Position numbers and translations under genes: made by a program. Below are positions 17,500-26,862 of a DNA stretch of 33,587 nt, in pieces. Source of the DNA: a virus; IMG/VR virus record IMGVR_UViG_3300045988_171205. One strand, written 5' to 3'. The notes below the pieces were generated by a model that was given only the letters and a program-made list of their open reading frames with translations, made no database searches and was not told where the DNA came from. Each line of letters begins with the position of its first letter. Positions within the stretch are counted from its first letter, which is position 1.

Positions 17500-17834
17500 G
17501 TTCAATTGTTAAAAATCCAGGAGAATATAATAAAAAAATCAAAATCATTAGTATAAAAGATTCAGAAGACAATGCAGGATTCAAAATACCCGAAGAAGTA
17601 ATTGTTTTGGAGCCTTTCGCTAAGGTTAAAACTACAAAAGGTTATAAACTTATTTCAAATAATACTGATTTTGAGAAAGCCTATACCAATTTTACGATTA
17701 GATATCCAAAAGTTGAAATAACAAGAGATATGAATATCATATACAACAATAAAAAGTATTCAATAGAGTATTTGAATAATGTAGATGAAGAAAATATCGA
17801 ATTAGAAATTCAGGCAAAGGTTGTAAACAAGTAA
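17496..17834 (+). CDS. head closure / head-tail adaptor protein (SPP1 gp16-like family)
   Basis: FTIRYPKVEITRDMNIIYNNKKYSIEYLNNVDEENIELEIQA fits the head-tail joining family signature. ATGA overlap. Confidence 0.55.
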   Translation: MSSIVKNPGEYNKKIKIISIKDSEDNAGFKIPEEVIVLEPFAKVKTTKGYKLISNNTDFEKAYTNFTIRYPKVEITRDMNIIYNNKKYSIEYLNNVDEENIELEIQAKVVNK

Positions 17835-18259
17835 TGGCAAGATTTGTTGAAGAATTACCGAATAATCTTATTAAACAATTTAAAGGTTTAGAGGAGAATG
17901 CGGAAAAAATGATTGGTGAAATGACACAAGAAGGTGCTAATGTTGCTTATAAGAATATTGTTAGCAATATGAAAAAATCTTTTAAGACAACAAAATCTTT
18001 AGAAAAAGGTTTGAAAATAACACGCGTATATAAGACACCAAAAGATGGTGGAATAAATACACATGTTGGCTTTTATGGATATGATGGTATAAAAACAAAA
18101 AAGTATCCAAAAGGAAAACCTATTCCATTAAAGGCGATGGCTCGTGAATATGGAACTCCAACTGAAGAAAAAAAACCCTTCTTGAGAAAGTCTTTTAAAA
18201 AGAAAGAAATTGAAATGGCAATGACAAAAGTTCAAGAGAAATATATAGGTGATAACTAA
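17834..18259 (+). CDS. tail/neck component (HK97 gp10-like or tail terminator, uncertain)
   Basis: Position in the conserved head-tail joining gene order. ATG overlaps the upstream stop. Confidence 0.35.
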   Translation: MARFVEELPNNLIKQFKGLEENAEKMIGEMTQEGANVAYKNIVSNMKKSFKTTKSLEKGLKITRVYKTPKDGGINTHVGFYGYDGIKTKKYPKGKPIPLKAMAREYGTPTEEKKPFLRKSFKKKEIEMAMTKVQEKYIGDN

Positions 18260-18612
18260 TGAATGAAGAAGTAAAATCAATTTTAGGTAATGAAATAATT
18301 GTTGATAAAGTAAAAATACCTGTAGAACACTTAAAGTATAAAGGAAGCAAAAAAACTTTTATAACTTGGAAATTACTAGATGAAACTCCTGAACTTTGTG
18401 CTAATGATGATGATTTATGTAGTGTATGTCCTTTAGATATAGATATATATAGTGATAAAAATTATTTAAATATTCTAAAAAAAGTAAAACAAATGATGAA
18501 AGAAAACGACTGGGTTTGGAGTGGTGATAGTTCAGAAATGTTAGATGACGATACTGGACTATATCATAAAACCTGTTCATTTGAGAAAGAGAGGATGATA
18601 GAAAATGGCTAG
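18259..18612 (+). CDS. hypothetical tail-completion-region protein
   Basis: Synteny only. Confidence 0.35.
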   Translation: MNEEVKSILGNEIIVDKVKIPVEHLKYKGSKKTFITWKLLDETPELCANDDDLCSVCPLDIDIYSDKNYLNILKKVKQMMKENDWVWSGDSSEMLDDDTGLYHKTCSFEKERMIENG

Positions 18613-19189
18613 AGTCGGTTTTAAGATAGCAAAATATAATTTACATGATGAAGAAGCAGGTAAACTTAAAGCATTAACTGGTAATAGTGTACCTGTATTT
18701 GAAAAAGTGATAGACGAAAAATTTAGTCCAAATTATGCGAATGCAGAATTATATGCAAATGATGGTTTAGCAGAACATGATGATTCATTTATTGATGGAA
18801 CATTAAGCATTACTATAGCAGATGATGAAGATAAATTCGTTGCAACAATATTTGGTCAAACTATAACTACTGAAGGTGAAGTAACATCAAATGAAAATGA
18901 TATTGCACCAGAATTAAGTTATGGTCACATAGTTCCTAAAATGTATAATGGCTCAAAGAAATATAAAGTTGAATTTTTTCCTAGAGTAAGATTTACAAAA
19001 ATAACTAGTGATAATAAAACAAAAGGTCAAAGTATTGAATTTAATACTTCTTCACTTGAGGGAAAAGTAATGAGACTTGAGAAAGCCTTTAATGGTTTAA
19101 AAGAAGGAGACTGGGAAAAAAATCAAACATTTGATACACTTTCTGCTGCAACTACTTATTTAGATGGTTTATTATCACCATCAGCATAG
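18605..19189 (+). CDS. major tail protein
   Basis: 194 aa. Position before the chaperone/TMP. Followed by a strong terminator, typical of highly expressed tail tube genes. Confidence 0.5.
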   Translation: MARVGFKIAKYNLHDEEAGKLKALTGNSVPVFEKVIDEKFSPNYANAELYANDGLAEHDDSFIDGTLSITIADDEDKFVATIFGQTITTEGEVTSNENDIAPELSYGHIVPKMYNGSKKYKVEFFPRVRFTKITSDNKTKGQSIEFNTSSLEGKVMRLEKAFNGLKEGDWEKNQTFDTLSAATTYLDGLLSPSA

Positions 19190-19198
19190 GAGGGAAAA

Positions 19199-19366
19199 AT
19201 GATTAATGTAAAAGTAATTAGTATGTTTAAAGATAAAGATACTAAAGAATTGTATAAAGTTGATAAAGAATTAACTGTATCTAAGGATAGATATAAAGAA
19301 ATAAAAGATTATGTTAAAGTAATCGATAATAACAAAAAAGAAAATCAAAATAAGGCAGAAGATTAA
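19199..19366 (+). CDS. small K-rich hypothetical protein (55 aa)
   Basis: AGGAGGG SD lies 5 nt upstream of ATG. Its stop is embedded in the terminator hairpin. Confidence 0.35.
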   Translation: MINVKVISMFKDKDTKELYKVDKELTVSKDRYKEIKDYVKVIDNNKKENQNKAED

Positions 19367-19392
19367 TATCAATTTTCTGCCTTTATTTTTTT
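19354..19392 (+). terminator. rho-independent terminator (GGCAGAA-14nt-TTCTGCC plus T-rich tail)
   Basis: Perfect 7-bp GC-containing stem followed by TTTATTTTTTT. Confidence 0.6.
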
Positions 19393-19406
19393 AGGAGGAA
19401 TATAAA

Positions 19407-19760
19407 ATGAAAGATAAAATGGTTCACTTCGTAACTGAAAATAGAACTTATCCATTGTGTTTTAATTTGAATGTTATGGAAGAAATACAAGATCAATATG
19501 GTTCTATATCTGCCTGGGGAGAAAAAGTGTCTAGCAACAAATCAGAGCCAAATATAAAAGATTTGAAAAATGGTCTTATGATCATGATTAATGAAGGAAT
19601 TGAAATTGAAAATGAAATAGAAGGAAACAATAATCCTTTATTGAATTCAAAACAAGTAGGAAGAATAATTTCAGAAATTGGTTTTGATGAAATACTAAAA
19701 AAAGTTATGGAAACTGCTAAGAATTCAACTAATACTGGTGAAACTCAAAAAAACATGTAA
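19407..19760 (+). CDS. tail assembly chaperone (gpG-like)
   Basis: AGGAGGAAT SD. 117 aa acidic protein between the major tail and tape measure genes. Ends with the slippery heptamer A_AAA_AAC in the correct phase. Confidence 0.5.
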   Translation: MKDKMVHFVTENRTYPLCFNLNVMEEIQDQYGSISAWGEKVSSNKSEPNIKDLKNGLMIMINEGIEIENEIEGNNNPLLNSKQVGRIISEIGFDEILKKVMETAKNSTNTGETQKNM

Positions 19761-19798
19761 TCCACGAGAACTATGATGATGAGATAGATTTCTCGTGG
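19748..19798 (+). other. candidate -1 programmed frameshift signal: A_AAA_AAC (19748-19754), 7-nt spacer, 9-bp perfect hairpin CCACGAGAA-19nt-TTCTCGTGG (19762-19798), then TTTTATTTT
   Basis: Heptamer is in XXXYYYZ phase with the chaperone frame. The -1 frame is open for only 19 codons, then three stops occur (19808, 19844, 19853). Confidence 0.4.
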
Positions 19799-19998
19799 TT
19801 TTATTTTGTAGGTCATACCTTACTACTTTACTCTGATAAAGAAATAGGTAGAATGACATTTTGTAAATTTTTTAAATTATACAAACAATATAAAAATCAT
19901 TACGATTTTAAATTAAGTAAAACAACTTATCGTGAATTGGAAGAAATAAACAGTCATGATGGTGAATTTTTACCTGATTAGAAGGGAGGTAAAAACAA

Positions 19999-22230
19999 AT
20001 GGCAAAAGGAAGTTCTTTTGGAGGAACAGTCAAACTTAATGGTGAAGATGAATACAAAAAGGCTTTAAGAGATATTACTAGCAATTTAAAATTAGTCTCA
20101 AGTGAGTTAAAACTAACAAACACTGAATTTTCAAATGGAGACAAAAATATAAAGCAAGCCAAAACTTCTTATGATTCTATGAAGAATACATTACAATCAC
20201 AGAAAGATAAAGTCAAAGAGTTAAAAGAAGCTCTTAGCAAAATGGAAAAAGAATATGGTAGTAATAATGAAACAGTTAGACTATTTAAAACACAACTAAA
20301 TAATGCAGAAAATCAATTAAAGCAAATGGAAGATGCCACCGATAAAGGCAATAAAGAACTCAAAGAAATGAAAAAAGGTTTTGAAGATGCGGGAGATGGA
20401 GCATTAAAATTTAGCGATGTACTTAAGGCAAATGTTTTGGGTGATGTAATTGTTGGAGGACTAAAAAAAATTGGTAGTGCAACATTAGAAATTGGAAAAG
20501 CTTTTTTAGATGTTGGTAAACAAGCATTAGATAGTTATGCTAATTATGAACAGTTAGTAGGTGGTGTAGAGACACTATTTAAAGATAGTGCAAATATTGT
20601 TGAGGACTATGCCAATAATGCATATAAAAATGCTGGTTTATCCGCAAATGATTACATGGAGACGGTAACATCTTTTTCGGCGAGTTTATTACAGAGTTTA
20701 AATAATGATACTGCCAAAAGTGCGGAGGTTGCAGATATGGCAATTACTGATATGTCTGATAATGCCAATAAAATGGGGACAGATATGTCTATGATACAAA
20801 ATGCTTATCAAGGGTTCGCAAAACAAAACTATACAATGTTAGATAACTTGAAATTAGGTTATGGTGGAACAAAATCAGAAATGGAAAGGTTGTTAGCAGA
20901 TGCTGAAAAAATAAGTGGTATAAAATATGATATTTCAAGTTTTGCTGACATAACACAAGCAATACATGTAATGCAAGAGGAAATGGGAATAACAGGAACA
21001 ACTGCAAAAGAAGCAGGAACCACTATAGAAGGATCAATAAACTCGATGAAAAGTGCTTGGCAAAATCTCTTAACAGATCTTGCAAATGGTGGTAAAAATA
21101 TGGGTTCGCTAATTGAAAATCTTATGACCACGATATTTGGTGATGGAACAGAGACTAATTTGGGTGTATTTGGGAATGTTTTACCAGTAATTCAAAATAT
21201 AGTATCAAGTTTTGCTGATGTTATTCCAAATATTGTGGATAAATTAATGGAGCATTTGCCATATTTATTAGATGCTGCATCAGAAATAATAATGTCGTTG
21301 GTTTATGGAATTACAGAAAATATTCCTGCATTAATGCCTGTAATAAGTGATTTAGTTGGAAATATTTTACAATATATCATCGAAAGTTTACCGATTATTA
21401 TTAATTCTGGTGTTCAAATAATATTAGCATTAGTTCAAGGAATAGGAGAAAGTTTGCCTACATTAATACCTGCACTTGTGGATGCAGTAGTTTTAATAGT
21501 AGAAACTTTAATTGACAATATAGATTTGATTATAGATGCAGGTATCCAGTTAATTTTAGGACTTGCTGATGGACTTATAGAGGCACTACCCAGATTAATT
21601 GACAAAGTACCAGAAATAATTGAAAAACTATTTGATGCTTTTATTAGAAATTTTCCTAAAATAGTAGAGGCAGGAGGACAATTGATAGGTAAATTGATTG
21701 TTGGTATAATTGGATCTTTAGGAACATTATATAGTAGGGTTCCTGAGATTATACATACTGTAGTTAAAGGGATTTCTAGTGGCTATCAGACAATAAAAAA
21801 TGCAGGCTTAAATCTTGTGGCAGGCATATGGGAAGGTATATCTGGAAGCCTGGGCTGGATCAAAAATAAAATAAAAGGATGGGTAGGGAATGTTACTAAA
21901 TTTATTAAAAATCTGTTTGGTATTCATTCGCCATCTAAATTATTTAAAGATGAGATAGGAACAAACTTAGCACTTGGTATTGGCGAAGGGTTTACTGATA
22001 CAATGACTGATGTTCAACAAGAGATGGCAGATGCAATTCCTACAAAATTTGATACAACAATAAATTCAAGAATTGGTAACAATAGTTATCAAAATGTTGC
22101 AAATTCAGGTTCATTTGATAATATGGTAATTGCCTTTAAAACTGCTTTAAAAGATGTCAAAGTTATAATGGATGAAAAAGAAATGGGGACATTTGTTACA
22201 AATGCTGTGGAAGAGGTGGTATATTCATGA
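19999..22230 (+). CDS. tail tape measure protein
   Basis: GAAGGGAGGT SD. 743 aa. N-terminal coiled coil. Long stretches of repetitive hydrophobic segments (IIESLPIIINSGVQIILALVQGIGESLPTLIPALVD...) typical of TMPs. Confidence 0.75.
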   Translation: MAKGSSFGGTVKLNGEDEYKKALRDITSNLKLVSSELKLTNTEFSNGDKNIKQAKTSYDSMKNTLQSQKDKVKELKEALSKMEKEYGSNNETVRLFKTQLNNAENQLKQMEDATDKGNKELKEMKKGFEDAGDGALKFSDVLKANVLGDVIVGGLKKIGSATLEIGKAFLDVGKQALDSYANYEQLVGGVETLFKDSANIVEDYANNAYKNAGLSANDYMETVTSFSASLLQSLNNDTAKSAEVADMAITDMSDNANKMGTDMSMIQNAYQGFAKQNYTMLDNLKLGYGGTKSEMERLLADAEKISGIKYDISSFADITQAIHVMQEEMGITGTTAKEAGTTIEGSINSMKSAWQNLLTDLANGGKNMGSLIENLMTTIFGDGTETNLGVFGNVLPVIQNIVSSFADVIPNIVDKLMEHLPYLLDAASEIIMSLVYGITENIPALMPVISDLVGNILQYIIESLPIIINSGVQIILALVQGIGESLPTLIPALVDAVVLIVETLIDNIDLIIDAGIQLILGLADGLIEALPRLIDKVPEIIEKLFDAFIRNFPKIVEAGGQLIGKLIVGIIGSLGTLYSRVPEIIHTVVKGISSGYQTIKNAGLNLVAGIWEGISGSLGWIKNKIKGWVGNVTKFIKNLFGIHSPSKLFKDEIGTNLALGIGEGFTDTMTDVQQEMADAIPTKFDTTINSRIGNNSYQNVANSGSFDNMVIAFKTALKDVKVIMDEKEMGTFVTNAVEEVVYS

Positions 22231-22925
22231 GTAATAGTATAACTTTTAAGGGTATTAGTAGCAATACTATATCTGGTCTATTAATTAGTGAATTACCACC
22301 TATTACTAAGCCTAAAATGAGAGTAAAAGAAACTGTTATAGATGGTGTTGATGGTTCTTTATTAGAAGACTTAGGATATGAATCATATTCTAAAAAATTG
22401 AATATAGGTTTAACAAGAAATTTTGATATAGATAAAATAATTGAATATTTCAATGGTGAAGGAAATGTAACATTTAGTAATGAATCTGATAAGTATTATA
22501 AAGCAAAAATAGTTGATTCTATTGATTTTAATAGATTGATAAGATTTAGAAAGGCTGATGTTAATTTTATAGTTCAACCATATAAATATAAATTAAATGA
22601 ATCTAAAGTAGATGTAACTATAACTAATCAAAATGAAGTAAAAGTGACAAATGTAGGCTTAGAGGTATCTAAACCTATAATTACTTTATATGGTAGTGGT
22701 GAGTTACATTTTTACTTAAATACAGTAGAAATTTTTAAATATAATTTTGATACAGATGGACAAGTAGTTATTGATAGTGAAAAGGAAGATGCTTATTTAA
22801 ATGGTGTATTAAAAAATAGACAAATGTTAGGCGAATTTCCACTTTTAAAAAGTGGCGAAAATACAATTACTTGGACTGGAACATTAACAAGAATAATAAT
22901 TGATCCAAAAAGTAGGTGGTTATAA
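22227..22925 (+). CDS. distal tail protein (Dit, siphovirus tail component)
   Basis: Overlaps the TMP stop. 232 aa. Conserved position. Confidence 0.55.
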   Translation: MSNSITFKGISSNTISGLLISELPPITKPKMRVKETVIDGVDGSLLEDLGYESYSKKLNIGLTRNFDIDKIIEYFNGEGNVTFSNESDKYYKAKIVDSIDFNRLIRFRKADVNFIVQPYKYKLNESKVDVTITNQNEVKVTNVGLEVSKPIITLYGSGELHFYLNTVEIFKYNFDTDGQVVIDSEKEDAYLNGVLKNRQMLGEFPLLKSGENTITWTGTLTRIIIDPKSRWL

Positions 22926-25597
22926 TGATAAGGGTATATGATTCTAGTGAAAAATTATTTAATAATAATGGAATTAAAATATTACATCCTTTATCTGCGA
23001 TTGTTTTTAAGGAGGACAATGGTGATTATTATATTGAAGTAGAAGATTCTATTGAAAAAGTTGATTATTATCAAGCAAGTATGATAATCAATTGTCCTAC
23101 ACCTTTTCCGGAGGGAAATCAGTCATTTAGAATAGTAAAAATAGACAAAACCAATTCAAGAGTAAAGGTTAAGGCTAATCATGTTTATTTTGATACTGAT
23201 AATTACATGATAGATGACAAATATATAGTCGATAAAGATTGTAATTATGCACTAGATTATCTTAACAAAAATTGTGATGTTGAAACACCATTTACAACTA
23301 ATTCAGATGTTACTAGCACTAATTCTTATAGATGTGTTAGGAAATTATTAAGTGAAGCAATTACCACTTTGATTGATAGATGGGGAGGTCATTTAGTAAG
23401 AGATAATTTCAATATAAGTATAAAACAAAATATTGGTGTTGACAGAGGAGTGGTTGTAAAATACAGAAAAAATATTACTAGTATAAAGGCAGAAGAAGTA
23501 TGGGACAATGTTGTCACAAAAATTATGCCAGTTGGTAAAGATGGTCTATTACTTCCAGAAAAATATTTAGAAGTTAAAGATAAATTGTATGATATTCCTT
23601 TTTCAAAAATTGTAAAAATAGATCAAGATCTAAAACAAGAAGAAAATGAATCTGATGAAGATTTTACAGAAAGATTGATTGCAAATTTAAGATTAAAAGC
23701 CAAAAGTTATTTAGAAGAAAATAAGTATCCGAAGGTAAATTATAATTTGTCCGCTAACTTGGACAATATAACTGATGTAGGAGATACAATCTATGTTGAC
23801 CATCCTAAATTAAATATAAAAATGACAACAAATGTCATTTCGGTAAAGTGGGATGTAATTAGTAAGAAATACAAAAATATCGAATTTGGTAATTTCAGAA
23901 ACAAATTAAAAGACTTATTGAAAAATATGAATACTATTGCCAATGAAATTTCCAAAGATTTGACAAACGAAACAAAATCATTTTTAGAAAAAGAACTTAT
24001 AGATGCCACTAATAAAATATGGGGTACTTTAGGAAATTCATTTGTAATTTATGAGGGAGATAAAATATTAATTGTAGATAAATTACCAAAAGAACAAGCA
24101 AAAAATGTTATTTTGATGAATAATGGTGGTATCGGTTTCAGCAATACTGGTATTAATGGTACATTTGTAACTGCTTGGACTATTGATGGTGGCTTTAATG
24201 CTAACTTTATTACTTCTGGAAAAATAGATACTTCTTTAATTGAAGGATATGATAATTTGGCTTTGTCAGTAAATAAATTGGTTGATGTTACTAGAACTTT
24301 AACTGCTAATAATTATATCGAAATTACAGATGCTGTTAAAGGTAGTGTTCTTTATTTATCAATAAAAGGAAATTTATCCTTGTTATTTTTATCAAATCAA
24401 ACTTTTTTAGGAAGCAATACTTTTTTTAAGAATTCTAATTTAATAATTGAAGATATTAATGGGAACAAGAGAGAAATTAAAACCAATTTAAAAAGGCTTA
24501 ATGTTTTAAATGATATTTATGATGAATTTATAGTTGATTACACAGGAACATATATAATTCGTAGAATTGGTGTAAATAATGATTTAAGTTTATATGAATT
24601 AGATGAGGAAATTAGAGAAGAATTACCTTTATTAAAAATTGAATTAAATGAAGGATATAACAAAATATACTTGAAATCATTTTCTGATTTAACTTATACT
24701 CTTAAATATGCAAAAAAGAACGATTATACTGATATATTTACAACTAGAATAGAAATGAATTCATCTATAGCATTAAATAATGAAAACATAGATCTAAAAT
24801 TGCTAAAGAAGACGGATAAAGATAATATTATCGCTCAAATAAATTTGAGTACTGAAAAGGCTGAAGATGGTTCTTTTATACAAATAGAAGCGGATAAAAT
24901 TAATTTAAAAGGAAAGAAAATTAATCTTACATCTGATGAAATGGATATTGATAGTAATAAATTCAAAGTTACTAAAGAAGGGCAGGTAACTTGCGAAGAT
25001 ATAATCATCAACAGTGGAAAAATTGATTTAATTGATGATTCTCAAAATCCAAGTTTAACTATGAAAAGTTTAATATCTACTGGAGGACAAACAGAAGAAA
25101 TTTCCTCAATGAAACTGTTAGGTAATGGAATGAATGTTCAAATGTCTTCAAATGTTTATTTATTAGCATATATGCACAGAGGACTTCCAGCAGTAATGAT
25201 GAGTGATGGAAAAGACTTTACAAGTGTATTTTCTTCCGGTATAACAACTCCAGTGCTTACTCAAACATCTTTAGAAAGTAGTAAGAAAAATTTTAAAAAG
25301 TTCACAAATGCAATTGAAGAAATAATGGTAACTGATATTTATCAATATAATCTAAAATCTGAAAATGATGATCATAAAAAACATTTAGGATTTGTTATTG
25401 GTGATAAATATAATTATTCACATACAATTACTTCTGTTGATGATGATGGAAAAGAAATAGGTGTTGACAATTATTCAATGACTGCATTATGTCTACAAGC
25501 TATTAAAGAACAACAGCTTATTATTGAAAAATTAAAATTAAAGATAAAAGAATTGGAGGTAAAGATAAATGGAAGCAATAGTAAAAAAAGAGTTTAA
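22916..25597 (+). CDS. tail-associated protein / tail tip (Tal, prophage tail endopeptidase family) with C-terminal intramolecular chaperone (S74-like) domain
   Basis: 893 aa after Dit. N-terminus IRVYDSSEKLFNNNGIKILHPLSAIVFKEDNGDYYIEVE resembles the Tal N-terminal domain. C-terminus HLGFVIGDKYNYSH...GVDNYSMTALCLQAIKEQQLIIEKLKLKIKELE matches the auto-cleaving chaperone domain. Confidence 0.6.
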   Translation: MVIMIRVYDSSEKLFNNNGIKILHPLSAIVFKEDNGDYYIEVEDSIEKVDYYQASMIINCPTPFPEGNQSFRIVKIDKTNSRVKVKANHVYFDTDNYMIDDKYIVDKDCNYALDYLNKNCDVETPFTTNSDVTSTNSYRCVRKLLSEAITTLIDRWGGHLVRDNFNISIKQNIGVDRGVVVKYRKNITSIKAEEVWDNVVTKIMPVGKDGLLLPEKYLEVKDKLYDIPFSKIVKIDQDLKQEENESDEDFTERLIANLRLKAKSYLEENKYPKVNYNLSANLDNITDVGDTIYVDHPKLNIKMTTNVISVKWDVISKKYKNIEFGNFRNKLKDLLKNMNTIANEISKDLTNETKSFLEKELIDATNKIWGTLGNSFVIYEGDKILIVDKLPKEQAKNVILMNNGGIGFSNTGINGTFVTAWTIDGGFNANFITSGKIDTSLIEGYDNLALSVNKLVDVTRTLTANNYIEITDAVKGSVLYLSIKGNLSLLFLSNQTFLGSNTFFKNSNLIIEDINGNKREIKTNLKRLNVLNDIYDEFIVDYTGTYIIRRIGVNNDLSLYELDEEIREELPLLKIELNEGYNKIYLKSFSDLTYTLKYAKKNDYTDIFTTRIEMNSSIALNNENIDLKLLKKTDKDNIIAQINLSTEKAEDGSFIQIEADKINLKGKKINLTSDEMDIDSNKFKVTKEGQVTCEDIIINSGKIDLIDDSQNPSLTMKSLISTGGQTEEISSMKLLGNGMNVQMSSNVYLLAYMHRGLPAVMMSDGKDFTSVFSSGITTPVLTQTSLESSKKNFKKFTNAIEEIMVTDIYQYNLKSENDDHKKHLGFVIGDKYNYSHTITSVDDDGKEIGVDNYSMTALCLQAIKEQQLIIEKLKLKIKELEVKINGSNSKKRV

Positions 25598-25769
25598 GGA
25601 TTTGCCAGATACTTCTACACCATTTGAGTCGGAATGGTTTAATGGCTTTCAAGATAAAATCATAGCAAATTTTAATGAAATAAAAACGAAATTAGATAGT
25701 ATTGATACTAAATTAGCAAAAACCTTAACATATACAGAAGTATCAGAAAATAGTGAAAGTAATACATAA
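25569..25769 (+). CDS. small hypothetical tail-region protein
   Basis: TTGGAGGTAAAGATAAATG. Overlaps the Tal 3' end in another frame. Confidence 0.4.
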   Translation: MEAIVKKEFKDLPDTSTPFESEWFNGFQDKIIANFNEIKTKLDSIDTKLAKTLTYTEVSENSESNT

Positions 25770-25817
25770 AAAAGAAAGGATTTGATAAAATGAAAAAAGT
25801 AAACTACAAGTTAATGA

Positions 25818-25826
25818 GGGGGGGGG
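25818..25826. repeat. G9 homopolymeric tract
   Basis: gagggggggggttgc read directly. Unique in this AT-rich genome. Lies in the intergenic region upstream of the tail fibre genes. Confidence 0.85.
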
Positions 25827-25923
25827 TTGCATTATTTAGCAATTCTTCTCAAAAGAGAAAGGAGGGAAGTATTTAATTTAATTAATACTTCTACTTCTTT
25901 TTATTCAATGGTAGGTGACTACT

Positions 25924-26379
25924 ATGAATGATATACCAGTTCAATTATATGACAAAGATGGTAATCCTGCATATCCTAGACCTTATTATAGAATCGGTGA
26001 TTTTTTAGAAAGCACTAATCCCAACAATCCAGGTGACGATGGATATATTGGGACATGGGAATTATATGGAAAAGGTAGGGTAACAGTCTGTATAGATCCT
26101 AATGATTCTAATTTTAATACCATAGGTAAGGAAATAGGTGAAAGTACACATACATTAACTGTTGATGAAATGCCCAAGCATAAACATGAAGGACTGCATT
26201 GGAATACTAATGAAACACCTATAACACTAGGGAAAACTGCTGGTACTTATTATGGGATTGAATATGCAAATGGGGATAACATTGCCGATGGTATAGCTAC
26301 AAATTATGCGGGTGGAGGGCAATCACATAATAACATTCAAAAATCAATAGTAGTCTATCGTTGGAGAAGAATAGCATAA
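25924..26379 (+). CDS. tail fibre protein with phage tail-collar domain
   Basis: AGGTGA SD. GESTHTLTVDEMPKHKHEG...GGGQSHNNIQKS matches the tail collar domain signature (G..H.L...E.P.H.H...GG...H.N.QP). Confidence 0.6.
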   Translation: MNDIPVQLYDKDGNPAYPRPYYRIGDFLESTNPNNPGDDGYIGTWELYGKGRVTVCIDPNDSNFNTIGKEIGESTHTLTVDEMPKHKHEGLHWNTNETPITLGKTAGTYYGIEYANGDNIADGIATNYAGGGQSHNNIQKSIVVYRWRRIA

Positions 26380-26396
26380 TAAATAATGCTATTAAT

Positions 26397-26837
26397 ATGA
26401 ATAAAACAAAAATAGATTTAAATGATAATTTGATATTAAAAAGCGAAAATATTGAATATAAAAACAATATTCTTACAGATTTTTTAGATAATAATACTAT
26501 TTATGATTCTGGAACAAATAGTAATGGAAATTGGATTCGATATAAAAATGGAATTATGATTTGTATAAAGAAAATAAAATTTACAAATGTAGTTATTGAT
26601 AAAGTATGGGGAAGTGTTTATGAAACTGCTAATGTAGTTAATTTTGGCAATTATGCACAAGAATTTATAGAAATACCTAGTGTATCTATTGATTTGGCTG
26701 ATGGTTCAACTTGCTTTTGTGAATCTTTTTCAGGAAGAACAAAAAAGTCAATTGGTAGCACATGGTTATGGAAGCCTGCAGTTGAAGCAGATGGTACAAT
26801 GACATTTGATATAATAGCAATTGGTAAATGGAAGTAG
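26397..26837 (+). CDS. putative distal tail fibre / receptor-binding protein (paralog A)
   Basis: Begins MNKTKIDLNDNLILKSENIE, shared with the next gene. Follows the collar-domain fibre gene. Confidence 0.4.
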   Translation: MNKTKIDLNDNLILKSENIEYKNNILTDFLDNNTIYDSGTNSNGNWIRYKNGIMICIKKIKFTNVVIDKVWGSVYETANVVNFGNYAQEFIEIPSVSIDLADGSTCFCESFSGRTKKSIGSTWLWKPAVEADGTMTFDIIAIGKWK

Positions 26838-26862
26838 AAAAAATAGATTAAATACAAAAATA

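Noticed and set aside
19856-19981. Open -1-frame segment HFCKFFKLYKQYKNHYDFKLSKTTYRELEEINSHDGEFLPD ending at the TMP SD, initially taken as the gpT part of a G-T fusion
   Set aside because: It is separated from the slippery site by three in-frame stops (19808, 19844, 19853) and has no start codon or SD. Kept only as a possible decayed T remnant in the frameshift finding.
25915-25923. GTG start at 25915 for the tail-collar fibre gene (track start)
   Set aside because: ATG at 25924 has better spacing from the AGGTGA SD. The choice does not affect the annotation.
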